Assembly: GCA_026388125.1 (NCBI GenBank)
Contig: JAPLKJ010000270.1
Location: forward strand, 1 to 49,077
Length of the DNA: 49,077 nt
Direction of reading: 5' to 3'
Origin: Elusimicrobiota bacterium
Lineage (GTDB): Bacteria; Elusimicrobiota; Elusimicrobia; Elusimicrobiales; UBA9959
Below the pieces are notes generated by a model. It ran no database searches, was not told where the DNA came from, and saw nothing but the letters and a program-made list of their open reading frames with translations. The position numbers and the translations under genes were made by a program. Positions 1 to 9,146 of this stretch are shown one piece after another. Each line of letters begins with the position of its first letter. The stretch's first letter is position 1.

Positions 1-2
1 CC

Positions 3-209
3 GGGATGAAAACAGGCCCCCCGGCCGACCTTGCCCCGGCCCTCGGCCTGGCCGCGCTGGTAAAGAGCGGCGGCTTCACCGCGGCCGCGCGCAATTCCGC
101 GCTGGAACGGATAAGGGACCTTTTTCCGCTCATGGACGCGCTGCCGGACAGGGACGGCGCGCTGGAACTGAAACATTTCCTGCTGGCGCTCACCGAACGG
201 AAGGCGTAA
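3..209 (+). CDS. 3' end of an unidentified CDS entering from upstream of the window
   Basis: The frame is open from the window edge and has strong G/C third-position bias like neighbouring genes. The 67 aa show no recognisable motif. Confidence 0.35.
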   Translation, partial: GMKTGPPADLAPALGLAALVKSGGFTAAARNSALERIRDLFPLMDALPDRDGALELKHFLLALTERKA

Positions 210-247
210 CGCCCCGGCGTCAGAACCTGCTCCGGCTGGAGCTCCGC

Positions 248-1102
248 ATGCCCATAAAGAACTGGCTGATAGTCTTACGCGCGTACTCCTGGCCCGCCTC
301 GCTGGTGCCGGTCGTGATAGGTTCCGCGGTGGCCGCGCGCAACGGCCGTTTTTCCTGGCTCGACCTGGCGCTCATAATGCCGGCCGCCCTGCTCATCCAT
401 TCCGCGGCGAACCTCGCCAACACGTATTTCGATTTCCGCAACGGGGTGGACAGGCCGGAAACCGCCGATGACAGGGGGCTCGTGGACGACATGATCCCTC
501 CCGCCAGCATGCTCCGGCTGGCGCTGGGCATGCTGGCGGCTGGCGCGGCCGCGGGCCTGCTGCTGGTCGTCAAGAATCACGTTCCCGCCATGCTGTGGCT
601 GGGCGCCGCCGGCCTTGCGCTGGCCTGGTTCTATACCGGCGGCCCGGCGTATAAATACCGGAGGCTCGGGGACGCCGGCATTTTCCTGGCCTTCGGCCCG
701 TGCATCGTTACAGGTACGGCGCTGATACAGACCGGCCGCTTTGTGCCGGAAGCGCTCTGGGCGTCCATTCCGGCAGGCCTCCTGGTAACGGCCATCCTGC
801 ACGCCAACAACATGCGCGACCTGCGTTCCGATTCCGCCGCGAATTTTCTCACGCTGGCTGGGACGCTGGGAACCGGCGGCGCGAAAAAATTCTATTACGC
901 CCTGATCTTCGCCCCCTATCTTTTTACTTTCACCTTCGGCAGCGCCTGGCCGGCGGCGCTGTGCGCGCTGTCAATTCCCCTGGCTGTCAGGCTAGGGCGG
1001 AGGGCCGCCCGAGGCGAATTTTCCCGGCTGGTGCCGGAAACCGCCGGGCTGGTGGCCGCATACGGGCTGCTGCTTTCGGCCGGGCTGCTCGCGGCCCCTT
1101 AG
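248..1102 (+). CDS. menA: UbiA-superfamily prenyltransferase, MenA/UBIAD1-like (1,4-dihydroxy-2-naphthoate prenyltransferase)
   Basis: 284-aa polytopic protein. The first Asp-rich motif, NTYFDFRNGVDRPETADDR, resembles the UBIAD1/MenA signature. The second motif is NNMRDLRSDSAANFLTLAG. Confidence 0.75.
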   Translation: MPIKNWLIVLRAYSWPASLVPVVIGSAVAARNGRFSWLDLALIMPAALLIHSAANLANTYFDFRNGVDRPETADDRGLVDDMIPPASMLRLALGMLAAGAAAGLLLVVKNHVPAMLWLGAAGLALAWFYTGGPAYKYRRLGDAGIFLAFGPCIVTGTALIQTGRFVPEALWASIPAGLLVTAILHANNMRDLRSDSAANFLTLAGTLGTGGAKKFYYALIFAPYLFTFTFGSAWPAALCALSIPLAVRLGRRAARGEFSRLVPETAGLVAAYGLLLSAGLLAAP

Positions 1103-1203
1103 GACCGGCCGCCGGCTTTCCCTTGTAAAACCGCTCGTTTTTTTATAAATTATAGATGGTCTGAACCCGTTTCAGGAAGAGATTCACGGAGGTTTTAGTT
1201 TAA

Positions 1204-1752
1204 ATGAGAAAATATCTTATCCTTCCGGCGCTTACGCTGCCGCTGCTGGCGGCGCTGCTGCTCTCGTCCTGCGCGGGGAAGAACACGAAGAAAGACGGCT
1301 CAGCAACGGACAACATGACCGGCAACACGGCCACCATCCCGGCTCTTGAAGTGCTCGAGAGCAGCGACGCCATGAAGACGGAAGGGGACATCCGGGGCGC
1401 GGAATTCCGCTCCGAGGAAAGTCTGAAGACCGTGACTTTCAATTACGACCGTTACGAGATCTCCGAAGAGAACCGCAAGGTCCTGCAGGCCAACGCCACC
1501 CTGCTGAAAGCGCGCAAGGAATGGACCGTGCTGGTGGAAGGGCATTGCGACGAGCGCGGCACCACGGAATACAACCTGTCCCTGGGCCAGAAACGGGCCA
1601 AGTCCGTGCGGGATTATTACGTGCGCCTGGGCGTACCGGAAAGTTCCCTCGGCACGATCTCCTACGGAGAGGAAATGCCGCTCTGCGTGGAATCCACCGA
1701 CGCCTGCTGGGCGACCAACCGCCGGGCCGAAACCAAGATAAAGGTTCAATAA
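1204..1752 (+). CDS. pal: Peptidoglycan-associated lipoprotein Pal (OmpA-like domain)
   Basis: Lipobox LLLSSC, followed by an OmpA_C-like domain (VEGHCDERGTTEYNLSLGQKRA...NRRAE). Confidence 0.85.
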   Translation: MRKYLILPALTLPLLAALLLSSCAGKNTKKDGSATDNMTGNTATIPALEVLESSDAMKTEGDIRGAEFRSEESLKTVTFNYDRYEISEENRKVLQANATLLKARKEWTVLVEGHCDERGTTEYNLSLGQKRAKSVRDYYVRLGVPESSLGTISYGEEMPLCVESTDACWATNRRAETKIKVQ

Positions 1753-2514
1753 ATGCTCCGAGTAAAACCGTTATTACTACTCCCCGTCTGCCTGCTGGCG
1801 GCCGGCTGCGTGGCGACCCAGCAGGACATGCTGCAGATGCAGAGCCAGATGGACGACCTCAACAACAACCTCTCCAGCATGCAGAAGAACCAGGCCGAGC
1901 TGGCCGTAAAGATGGACGATCTTTCCAAGAACCTCAACATCTCGTCGGAGAACATGAAGGACATCTCCACCCAGATGGGCCGCCTGTCGGCCCGGCTCGA
2001 CGAGCTTGACACCTCCATGAACAAGCGCGTCAACGCCATTGGCCAGACCATCCGCAAGCAGCAGGAGGACGTGGAAACGGCGCTGCTGCCGGCGAAGCTT
2101 TACAACGACGCCTACAACGCCTATCTCAGCAACAACTTCGACGGCGCCGCTGCGGGCTTCAAGACCTACCTGGCGAAATTCGCGTCAGGCGAAATGGCCG
2201 AGAACGCGTACTATTTCCTCGGGGAGTCGCTTTACCTGAAAGAGCGCTGGCAGGACGCCGCGCTGGCGTACGCCAATGTGCTGGAAAAATTTCCCCGGTC
2301 GGGGCGGGTGCCCGCGGCGCGGCTTAAATACGCCTTGTCGCTGCTGAAACTGCCGGAAGACAAGAAAAGCGAAGCCCTGAAATATCTCGAATCCGTCATC
2401 CGGGATTTCCCTAAATCGCAGGAAGCGGAAACGGCCAAAGACAACATCGACAGGCTTTCTCCGCCCAAGCAGGCTCCGCAGCCGGTGAAGAAACACGCCG
2501 TTAAAAAAGGATAA
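1753..2514 (+). CDS. cpoB: Tol-Pal system protein CpoB/YbgF (coiled coil + TPR)
   Basis: Lipobox LLAAGC, an N-terminal Q/N/M-rich coiled coil and C-terminal TPR-like repeats (YNAYLSNNFDGAAAGF..., YYFLGESLY...). It starts immediately after the pal stop. Confidence 0.75.
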   Translation: MLRVKPLLLLPVCLLAAGCVATQQDMLQMQSQMDDLNNNLSSMQKNQAELAVKMDDLSKNLNISSENMKDISTQMGRLSARLDELDTSMNKRVNAIGQTIRKQQEDVETALLPAKLYNDAYNAYLSNNFDGAAAGFKTYLAKFASGEMAENAYYFLGESLYLKERWQDAALAYANVLEKFPRSGRVPAARLKYALSLLKLPEDKKSEALKYLESVIRDFPKSQEAETAKDNIDRLSPPKQAPQPVKKHAVKKG

Positions 2515-2523
2515 ACTCCACGC

Positions 2524-3807
2524 ATGAAAGCGCTCACGGCTCTGCTCCTGTTCGCGGCCGCACAACCGCTTGCGGCCGCCACCAACATTTATATCGGCGT
2601 AGAATCGGCGATAGAACTGAAGAAGGTCCCTGTCGCGCTTTCGCAGTTCCTTCCGCTGCGCGCGGACAAGCCGGCCGACCTTGACCTCGCGGAATCTTTC
2701 CGCGACATCGTCCGCTCCGACCTGCTCTATTCGCGCTACTTCGACATCGAGGAAGACGCGCTTTCCCCGGCCAACCTCGATACCGGGCCGGAAGCCATGA
2801 ACTTCTGGAAAAATCTCGCCGGGCACCTGATCACCGGCAGGGGGCAGGACGCCGGCTCGGTCTGGACCTTCAACGCCCGGCTGCACGACCTGAATTCCGG
2901 CGCCATAGCGATGGAAAAGCACTACCAGGGGGAAAAGCGCGCCATGCGCCGGGCCGCCCACATGTTCTCCGACGACGTGACCCAGCGCCTGACCGGGCGC
3001 AAAGGCATAGCGCATTCCAAGCTCGTCTTCGCCAACAACGCCACGGGGCACAAAGAGATCTACATGGTGGATTACGACGGGGAGAACCTCACCAGGCTTA
3101 CCACCGACAACAGCATAAACCTGCTGCCGCGCTGGTCGGCGGATTCCGAGCGCATCTATTACACGACCTACCGCTGGGGCAACCCGGACATGTTCGAGAT
3201 TGACCTGAGAGCCGGCAAGATACGCCCCTTTACCACCTTTCAGGGCCTCAACATCCCGGGCGGCTTCTCGCCGGACGGCCTGACCATGGTGATGACCCTG
3301 TCCAGGGGCGACGACCCCAGCATCTACGCGCTGGACATCGTCACCAAAAAGCTCAAAGCGCTGATGAAGGGCTTCGGCGTCAGCACCTCCCCCTCCTGGT
3401 CGCCCGACGGGAAGGAAGTGGCTTTCGTCTCCGACCGGGCCGGCAACCCGCAGATCTACGTGCTTAACCTGGCCTCCGGGAAAACCCGCCGGCTGACCAA
3501 GATGAACTGGTGCGACTCCCCCGCGTGGTCTCCCTCCGGGGAATGGCTGATTTTCGCGGGCCGGGAATCCTCCAAGGAAAAGTTCAACATCTACCGCTCC
3601 GACCTCACGGGCAGCCAGATCCGCCGCCTTACCGATAAAGCCGGCGACAACGAGGACCCCTCCTGGTCGCCCGACGGCAGGTTCATAGCCTTTACCTCCA
3701 CCCGGCGCGGGCACAAGGAACTTTTCGTGATGGACGCCGACGGCAGCGCGCCGCACCCGCTGACGGACCTGCCCGGCAGCACCTTCACCCCCAACTGGAG
3801 CCAGTAA
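2524..3807 (+). CDS. tolB: Tol-Pal system beta-propeller protein TolB
   Basis: Signal peptide plus repeated PD40/WD40-like blades (PRWSADSERIYY, FSPDGLTMV, PSWSPDGKEVAF, PAWSPSGEWLIF, PSWSPDGRFIAF). Confidence 0.9.
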   Translation: MKALTALLLFAAAQPLAAATNIYIGVESAIELKKVPVALSQFLPLRADKPADLDLAESFRDIVRSDLLYSRYFDIEEDALSPANLDTGPEAMNFWKNLAGHLITGRGQDAGSVWTFNARLHDLNSGAIAMEKHYQGEKRAMRRAAHMFSDDVTQRLTGRKGIAHSKLVFANNATGHKEIYMVDYDGENLTRLTTDNSINLLPRWSADSERIYYTTYRWGNPDMFEIDLRAGKIRPFTTFQGLNIPGGFSPDGLTMVMTLSRGDDPSIYALDIVTKKLKALMKGFGVSTSPSWSPDGKEVAFVSDRAGNPQIYVLNLASGKTRRLTKMNWCDSPAWSPSGEWLIFAGRESSKEKFNIYRSDLTGSQIRRLTDKAGDNEDPSWSPDGRFIAFTSTRRGHKELFVMDADGSAPHPLTDLPGSTFTPNWSQ

Positions 3808-3837
3808 CCCGGCAAAAGATATCCCGCAAAAAAGAAG

Positions 3838-3877
3838 AACGCAGAGAAGATCTTAGTCTTCTCTGCGTTTCCTTTTT
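3838..3877 (+). terminator. Rho-independent terminator after tolB
   Basis: Perfect 13-bp stem AACGCAGAGAAGA / TCTTCTCTGCGTT with a 6-nt loop, followed by TCCTTTTT. Confidence 0.8.
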
Positions 3878-3908
3878 GCGGCCGCCGCGGCGCTCCTGCA
3901 GTTATTTT

Positions 3909-4409
3909 TTACTTAGGGAAGAAGGAACGGGCCTTTTCCAGCAGGGAGCATAAGAAACAGCCTTCGGGGGCGGCTGCGCGCGAGGGGTGGAATTTCAGGT
4001 CCTTGTCGGCCTTGAGAGCGGCAGCCAGCTTCCCGTCGAGCAGGGCCAGGAATTCGGTGCCCAGGCGCTTGCGGCGCTCGGAAAGCATTCCGGGGTTCAC
4101 CACGTTCTCCAGCGCGAAATACTCCTGGCCGCAGAACGCCTGTATGTACGGGCTTTCCATGAACTCGGCCACGGCGTCCTCGTCGGAAAGGTTCTTAAGC
4201 TGCTTCACCGCCAGCAGGCCGCAGACCAGCCGGGAATCCTTCGCGGGCCGGCCGTAGCCGGCCGAGAAGTACCGGCCGTAGGCCTCGTCCAGCTCGCCCC
4301 AGGGCAGGGCCTCCGCCAGCTTCAGCCAGCGGTTGGCGGGTGCGAGCTTGCCCCCCAGGTGGAACAGTTTCCCGAACAAAGAAGGATTGAATTTTTCAGA
4401 GCGGTACAT
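3909..4409 (-). mobile_element. IS5/IS1182-family transposase remnant (N-terminal InsH/DUF772-like domain only, no DDE domain)
   Basis: The 166-aa ORF has the typical transposase N-terminal pattern (NRWLKLAEALPWGELDEAYGRYFS...GRPAKDSRLVCGLLAVKQLKNLSDEDAVAEFMESPYIQAFCG). No catalytic C-terminal half follows and no inverted repeats were seen. It is wedged between the convergent tolB and tdk. Confidence 0.55.
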
Positions 4410-4438
4410 AAAGTGATGACCGGCGGCCGGTTATTTTC

Positions 4439-5002
4439 CTATTTCTCAGGCTGGAAGCATTTGCGGCAGCGGGCCTCGTACTTATCTCCGGCGCCGACCT
4501 CGATGCGCTTACCGGAGCTGGTCAGGCGCTGGCTGAAATGGGCGGGATTGCCGCAGACCATGCAGATGGCGAGGTTCTTGGTGACGAACTCGGCCACGGC
4601 CATGAGCTTGGCCATGTTGACGAACGGTTCGCCGCGGTAGTCCTGGTCCAGGCCGGCGACGATGACCCTTTTACCGGAATCAGCCAGCTTGCCGCACACT
4701 TCCACCAGCTCTTCGCCGAAGAAGTGAGCCTCGTCTATGCCCACCACCTGCGTGTCGCGCAGCACGTCCTTGAGTATTTCTTTGGCCGTCTTGACCGGGA
4801 TGGCAGACAGCGTCACCTTGTCGTGCGAGACCAGATGGTCCTTGGAATAGCGGATGTCGAGGTGCGAATTGAACACCTGCACCTTCTGCCTGGCGATGTT
4901 GGCCAGCTTCAGGCGCCGTATCAGCTCCTGGGTCTTGCCGGAGAACATGCTGCCGCACACCACCTCGATCCAGCCCGAAGAAGAAGAAACGTTGAATATC
5001 AT
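4439..5002 (-). CDS. tdk: Thymidine kinase
   Basis: P-loop GSMFSGKTQELIRR and a C-terminal Zn ribbon (CMVCG...CRKC). Confidence 0.9.
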   Translation of the reverse strand: MIFNVSSSSGWIEVVCGSMFSGKTQELIRRLKLANIARQKVQVFNSHLDIRYSKDHLVSHDKVTLSAIPVKTAKEILKDVLRDTQVVGIDEAHFFGEELVEVCGKLADSGKRVIVAGLDQDYRGEPFVNMAKLMAVAEFVTKNLAICMVCGNPAHFSQRLTSSGKRIEVGAGDKYEARCRKCFQPEK

Positions 5003-5955
5003 TTCGCCCCCTTATATTTTCCGGAGAAATAGTTCCAGGTAAGCCCGAGCCCTTCAGGGAAACGCACCAGCGGCCTGTAGTTCAGCAGTCTGCGCGCCAG
5101 GGAAATATCGGAATAAGTTTTACGGATGTCCCCTTTGCGCTTCGGCGAGAAGGTCCTGGCTATCTTATGCCCGGTGATTTTTTCGAGCTGGTCCGCAATG
5201 TCCAGCAGCGAGATATTGGTCCCGGTGGCCACATTGATGGTCCGGCCGGAAACGGCGGAGGGAGCCAGCGCGGCGCGGATATTGCCGTCCACCACGTTGC
5301 GCACGAAAGTGAAATCGCGGGACTGCCTGCCGTCCCAGTGGATCTCGAGGGGACGGCCCTGCATCACCAGTTCCATGAACCGGGGGATCACGGCGGAGTA
5401 GACCGACTCGGGGTTCTGCCTGGGCCCGAACACGTTGAAATAGCGCAGCGCCACGGTTTCCAGCCCGTAGGTTTTGGCGTAGACGTGGCAGTAGTGCTCG
5501 CCGGCCAGCTTGCTTACGGCGTAAGGCGAGACCGGCGCGGTGGGCAGGCTCTCTTTCTGCGGGAAGACCCTGCATTCGCCGTAGGCAGAGCTCGTGGCCG
5601 CGTAGACGAACCGCTTCACGCCCGCGGCTTTGGCCGCCATCAGGGCATTGAGCGTCCCCGTGGCGTTGTTGTCGTTGGCGGCGCGCGGGTTGTCCACGGA
5701 TTTGGGCACAGAACGGAACGCCGCCTGGTGCAGCACGTAGGTGACGCCCTTCATGGCCCTGGCCAGGTCTTTAGGCTCGCGCAGGTCGCCTTTCACCAGC
5801 TCGAATCTGCCCTTGAAGGGCTCGAGGTTCTCTTTCTTGCCCGTCGAGAAATTATCGAACACCCGCACGCGGTATTTCCTGCGCAGCAGTTCTTCCACGA
5901 TATTGGAGCCGATGAACCCGGCGCCCCCGGTGACCAGCCAAAGCGGTTTTGTCAT
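4999..5955 (-). CDS. NAD-dependent sugar-nucleotide epimerase/dehydratase (extended SDR)
   Basis: Rossmann motif TGGAGFIGSN and catalytic SPYAVSK (YxxxK). The stop overlaps the tdk start by 4 nt. Substrate is not assignable from sequence. Confidence 0.8.
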   Translation of the reverse strand: MTKPLWLVTGGAGFIGSNIVEELLRRKYRVRVFDNFSTGKKENLEPFKGRFELVKGDLREPKDLARAMKGVTYVLHQAAFRSVPKSVDNPRAANDNNATGTLNALMAAKAAGVKRFVYAATSSAYGECRVFPQKESLPTAPVSPYAVSKLAGEHYCHVYAKTYGLETVALRYFNVFGPRQNPESVYSAVIPRFMELVMQGRPLEIHWDGRQSRDFTFVRNVVDGNIRAALAPSAVSGRTINVATGTNISLLDIADQLEKITGHKIARTFSPKRKGDIRKTYSDISLARRLLNYRPLVRFPEGLGLTWNYFSGKYKGAK

Positions 5956-6038
5956 ATGTTTATTGAGCCTCTCTTAAGAAATACAGTTTAACATTTTGCG
6001 GCCTGCGCAAAAAAGTACCGGCCCCGCGCCCCGGTCCA

Positions 6039-8120
6039 TTAATCCCTTACCTCCCCCGCCTGCCGCCACGGGTGCCAGAACGCGCGTGATTTCTCGTCGA
6101 GGTCGTCCTTACGCTCAGGCTCGTTCATGCGCAGGGTCACATAAAAGAAGAATTCCCGCACCCCGCCGGAACGCTCCTTGAAGTTCCAGCGCGTGCGGAA
6201 GTCGTGGAAATCGCGGTAAAGGGTTATTCCTTTCTCGAACAATTTAATATCGCTGAAATCAAAACCGCCCGCCGAGATCAGCTGGCAGCGCAGCACCGTC
6301 TCGGCCCTCCAGGCCGAACCCCGCCACGGGCGGAAGCCCAGAGTGTTGCTGACCACCCAGGCGTGGGGCGCGCTGCTGTAGTTGGCTATGCCCCCGCCGA
6401 CGTACGTTTCCTTGTCTCCCACGTTGATCTGGGCCACGAAACTGCGCGTCCCGGTGTGCAGACTGTAAGTCTCCGCCGCGTAAAGGTCCATGTTCGGGCG
6501 CGGCGCGTAATACAGCTCGGCGGCCACCGGCGCCAGGCGCCGGGAGAAGGACGCCTCGTAATAATTGCGCAGATCGTAGGCGGTGGACAGCTTATAATAC
6601 GAATTTGACCGCGGCATCACGAACAGCTGGGAGGAAACGGAGTTTATCTCCTGGCCCTTGTCCGCCGAGGCGCGGGCGTCCTGCCATTTATTGTCCCTGA
6701 GCCGCTGCTTGTACGAATACCCGAGGTCCAGAGAGCCCCAGACCCTGTCGTAGCGGAGGTTCGCCATGGCGCCGTAGCGGCCGGTCCAGGTATCCGGCCT
6801 GCCCTGTTCAGTGGAAATGAACACCGACTGGTCGTAGAACACCGACGGGGAAAGCGTCACGCTGCGCGCCAGCGGCACCGACCTGGAGACGGTCCACGCC
6901 CCGTTGCCGCGCCGCTGCGCGCTGGACTGCCCCTCGTCGCGCGCGTTCTCGAAATAGCCGCTGAAAGAATTCAGCACCGGCAGGCGCAGCACCTTGAAAG
7001 GGACCGTGTTAAAATCAAGGCGCGGAATGGAGCTGTTGGCCTTCCGGAACGCGCTAAGGTCGGCCGTGCGGGTCTCGCGCCCCGCAGCGCTTACGCGCGT
7101 GACCGTGGAATTGGTCTTTCTGGTGAAGGCGACGCTGGCCTGTTCGTCCGGGCTGACGGCGAAAGGATTGCTGCGGAAAAAGTCGTTGTTCACCCTCGGG
7201 TCGGAAAGCAGCCTGAAATAGCCCTGGCTGTAATACTGCGAGGGGTCCGACTCGTTGAAGCGGTTGAGCAGGTGCCAGTAGCCGCCGCCGGCGCCCCACC
7301 TGTCCTTGTGCATGCCGTATTCGCGTATCCGGTAGAAGGAAGCGTTAGTGATGTTCTTCTCGGGCCGGCGGAAATCCACTTCCCCGCCCATGCCCACGCC
7401 GCGCTTCCCGAAATAATCCAGGAAAACCTTGGCCCGCGTTTCCGTGTTGACGCGGTAAACGTAGCTGGACTTTATAAAGAAGCCGTTGCGCTGGTCATAC
7501 CCGGGCCGGAAGATGCTCACGAAGGGGGTTCCGCCGCCGAAAGGCTTGTAAAGCACCGGGAAATAGAACACCGGGACCTTCCCGATGAACAGCACCGTGT
7601 TGTAAGCCAGGAAGTAGCGCCCCGGCGCGAGATAGATGCGGGAGGCGCGCAGATCGTAGTGCGGCGGGGCTTCGTCGCAGCTGGTCAGGCTGGCCTTTTT
7701 ATAAGTATAGCTGTCATGGTCGAAATCCACCGACCTGCCGCGGAAGATGAAATTCTTGTAAGCGAAACGGCCGTCGTTGATATGCCCCGTCTCGGCGCCG
7801 TAGTTCATGGCCCCGCTACGGCCGTAGGCTATGCCGGTATCGTCGTCTATCACGAAATCCGCCGGCGAAACCACGGTCCGGCTGTCCATGTTGACCGTGA
7901 GATTTTTGGCGCGGATGAGCTTGACCGTCTTGTCCTGCGCGGACACCTCCTCGAGCTTGACGTCGCCGCTGAGCTCGATCACCCTGGTATATTCGTTGAA
8001 TTTAGCCTCCTGCGCCTCAAAGCGCACGCGGTGCGTTCCGGTGGACGCGGGCAGTTCGTAAGCCGCGGCGGGCAGGGCCGCCGGCATAGATAATAGCACG
8101 CTGCAGATCAGTTTTTTCAT
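6039..8120 (-). CDS. lptD: LPS-assembly outer-membrane protein LptD/OstA-like
   Basis: 693 aa with a signal peptide, an OstA-like N-terminal beta-jellyroll region (IELSGDVKLEE...), then SLTSCDEAPPHYDL...VPVFYFPVLYKPF and a large beta-rich C-terminal domain. Confidence 0.65.
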   Translation of the reverse strand: MKKLICSVLLSMPAALPAAAYELPASTGTHRVRFEAQEAKFNEYTRVIELSGDVKLEEVSAQDKTVKLIRAKNLTVNMDSRTVVSPADFVIDDDTGIAYGRSGAMNYGAETGHINDGRFAYKNFIFRGRSVDFDHDSYTYKKASLTSCDEAPPHYDLRASRIYLAPGRYFLAYNTVLFIGKVPVFYFPVLYKPFGGGTPFVSIFRPGYDQRNGFFIKSSYVYRVNTETRAKVFLDYFGKRGVGMGGEVDFRRPEKNITNASFYRIREYGMHKDRWGAGGGYWHLLNRFNESDPSQYYSQGYFRLLSDPRVNNDFFRSNPFAVSPDEQASVAFTRKTNSTVTRVSAAGRETRTADLSAFRKANSSIPRLDFNTVPFKVLRLPVLNSFSGYFENARDEGQSSAQRRGNGAWTVSRSVPLARSVTLSPSVFYDQSVFISTEQGRPDTWTGRYGAMANLRYDRVWGSLDLGYSYKQRLRDNKWQDARASADKGQEINSVSSQLFVMPRSNSYYKLSTAYDLRNYYEASFSRRLAPVAAELYYAPRPNMDLYAAETYSLHTGTRSFVAQINVGDKETYVGGGIANYSSAPHAWVVSNTLGFRPWRGSAWRAETVLRCQLISAGGFDFSDIKLFEKGITLYRDFHDFRTRWNFKERSGGVREFFFYVTLRMNEPERKDDLDEKSRAFWHPWRQAGEVRD

Positions 8121-8170
8121 CCCTTACCAGTTACGCCTTCGGCGGGATCTCTCCCGGCCCGGCCGCCGCG

Positions 8171-9121
8171 CTACGCCCGCTTGCGCGCCCGCTCCAGCCC
8201 GAACAGGGCCGCCCCGTGAGAACCGAGGTCGGGATCGTCCGACACCTTTATCTTCACCTCGGAGAAAGGGGTCTCGATCTGCTGTTTGCCCAGCACCGCG
8301 TTCATGGCGGGCATGAACCATTTTTTCGCCTTGGAAACGCCGCCGGTCAGGATCACGTAATCCGGGTTGAGCAGCAGGATCATTCCGGCCAGGCCCCTGC
8401 CCAGCGCGTTGCCCATCTCGGCCCATACCTGCCGCGCCTGCTTGTTCCCGGCGGCGGCCGCGTCGGTAAGGCAGATAGTGTTGAACTTCAGATGCCCGGG
8501 CGAGCAGAACTTCCGCATGAATTCCTTCTCGTCGCCGATCAGCTCGCGGGCGCGCGCCATTATCGCATAGCTGCCGCAGTAGGACTCGAGGCAGCCCCGG
8601 CCGCCGCAGTTGCAGGGCCGGCCGTCGCGCTCTATCTTCAGGTGGCCGGCTTCCCCCGCCGACCCCGTGGCCCCGTGGAAAAGTTCGCCGTTAAGAATGA
8701 TGCCGGTGCCTATGCCGGTCCCCAGGGTGAGAGCGATGGCGCTGATCTTTTTCCGCCCCAGTTCCAGTTCGAAAGCGCCCCAGGCCGCCATGTTGGCGTC
8801 GTTCTCCATAACGCAGGGCAGCCCGGTCAGCCGCTCCAGCGGGGCCGTCAGCTTAACGTTGCGCCACGCCAGGTTGGGCGAAAAGCGTATTTTCCCGTTC
8901 TCCGGGTCCACGTCGCCGGCGGCGCCAATGCCTATCGAAACAAGCCGCTTGCCGTATTTGGCCCGGAGGTTGCGCACCACGGCGGACAGCCTGCGCACGA
9001 AGTCGGGCGCGCCTTTTTCAGCCTCCGTGCGGAACCGCTCCTGCGTGACCAGTTTTCCGGCCGCGTCCACAGCCACTATTTTCGTGTTCGTACCGCCGAT
9101 ATCGATGCCGAGTCCTATCAT
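8171..9121 (-). CDS. ROK-family glucokinase
   Basis: GIDIGGTNTK ATP motif and ROK zinc motif CNCGGRGCLE. I prefer the start at MIGLGIDIGG because GGAGG lies about 5 nt upstream. The ORF track begins 7 codons earlier, at 9142. Confidence 0.85.
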   Translation of the reverse strand: MIGLGIDIGGTNTKIVAVDAAGKLVTQERFRTEAEKGAPDFVRRLSAVVRNLRAKYGKRLVSIGIGAAGDVDPENGKIRFSPNLAWRNVKLTAPLERLTGLPCVMENDANMAAWGAFELELGRKKISAIALTLGTGIGTGIILNGELFHGATGSAGEAGHLKIERDGRPCNCGGRGCLESYCGSYAIMARARELIGDEKEFMRKFCSPGHLKFNTICLTDAAAAGNKQARQVWAEMGNALGRGLAGMILLLNPDYVILTGGVSKAKKWFMPAMNAVLGKQQIETPFSEVKIKVSDDPDLGSHGAALFGLERARKRA

Positions 9122-9146
9122 AATGCCTCCAGTAAATATCAAAAAA

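Noticed and set aside
2185-3756. 523-aa minus-strand ORF
   Set aside because: It is antisense to cpoB and tolB, and is R/G/P/V-rich nonsense.
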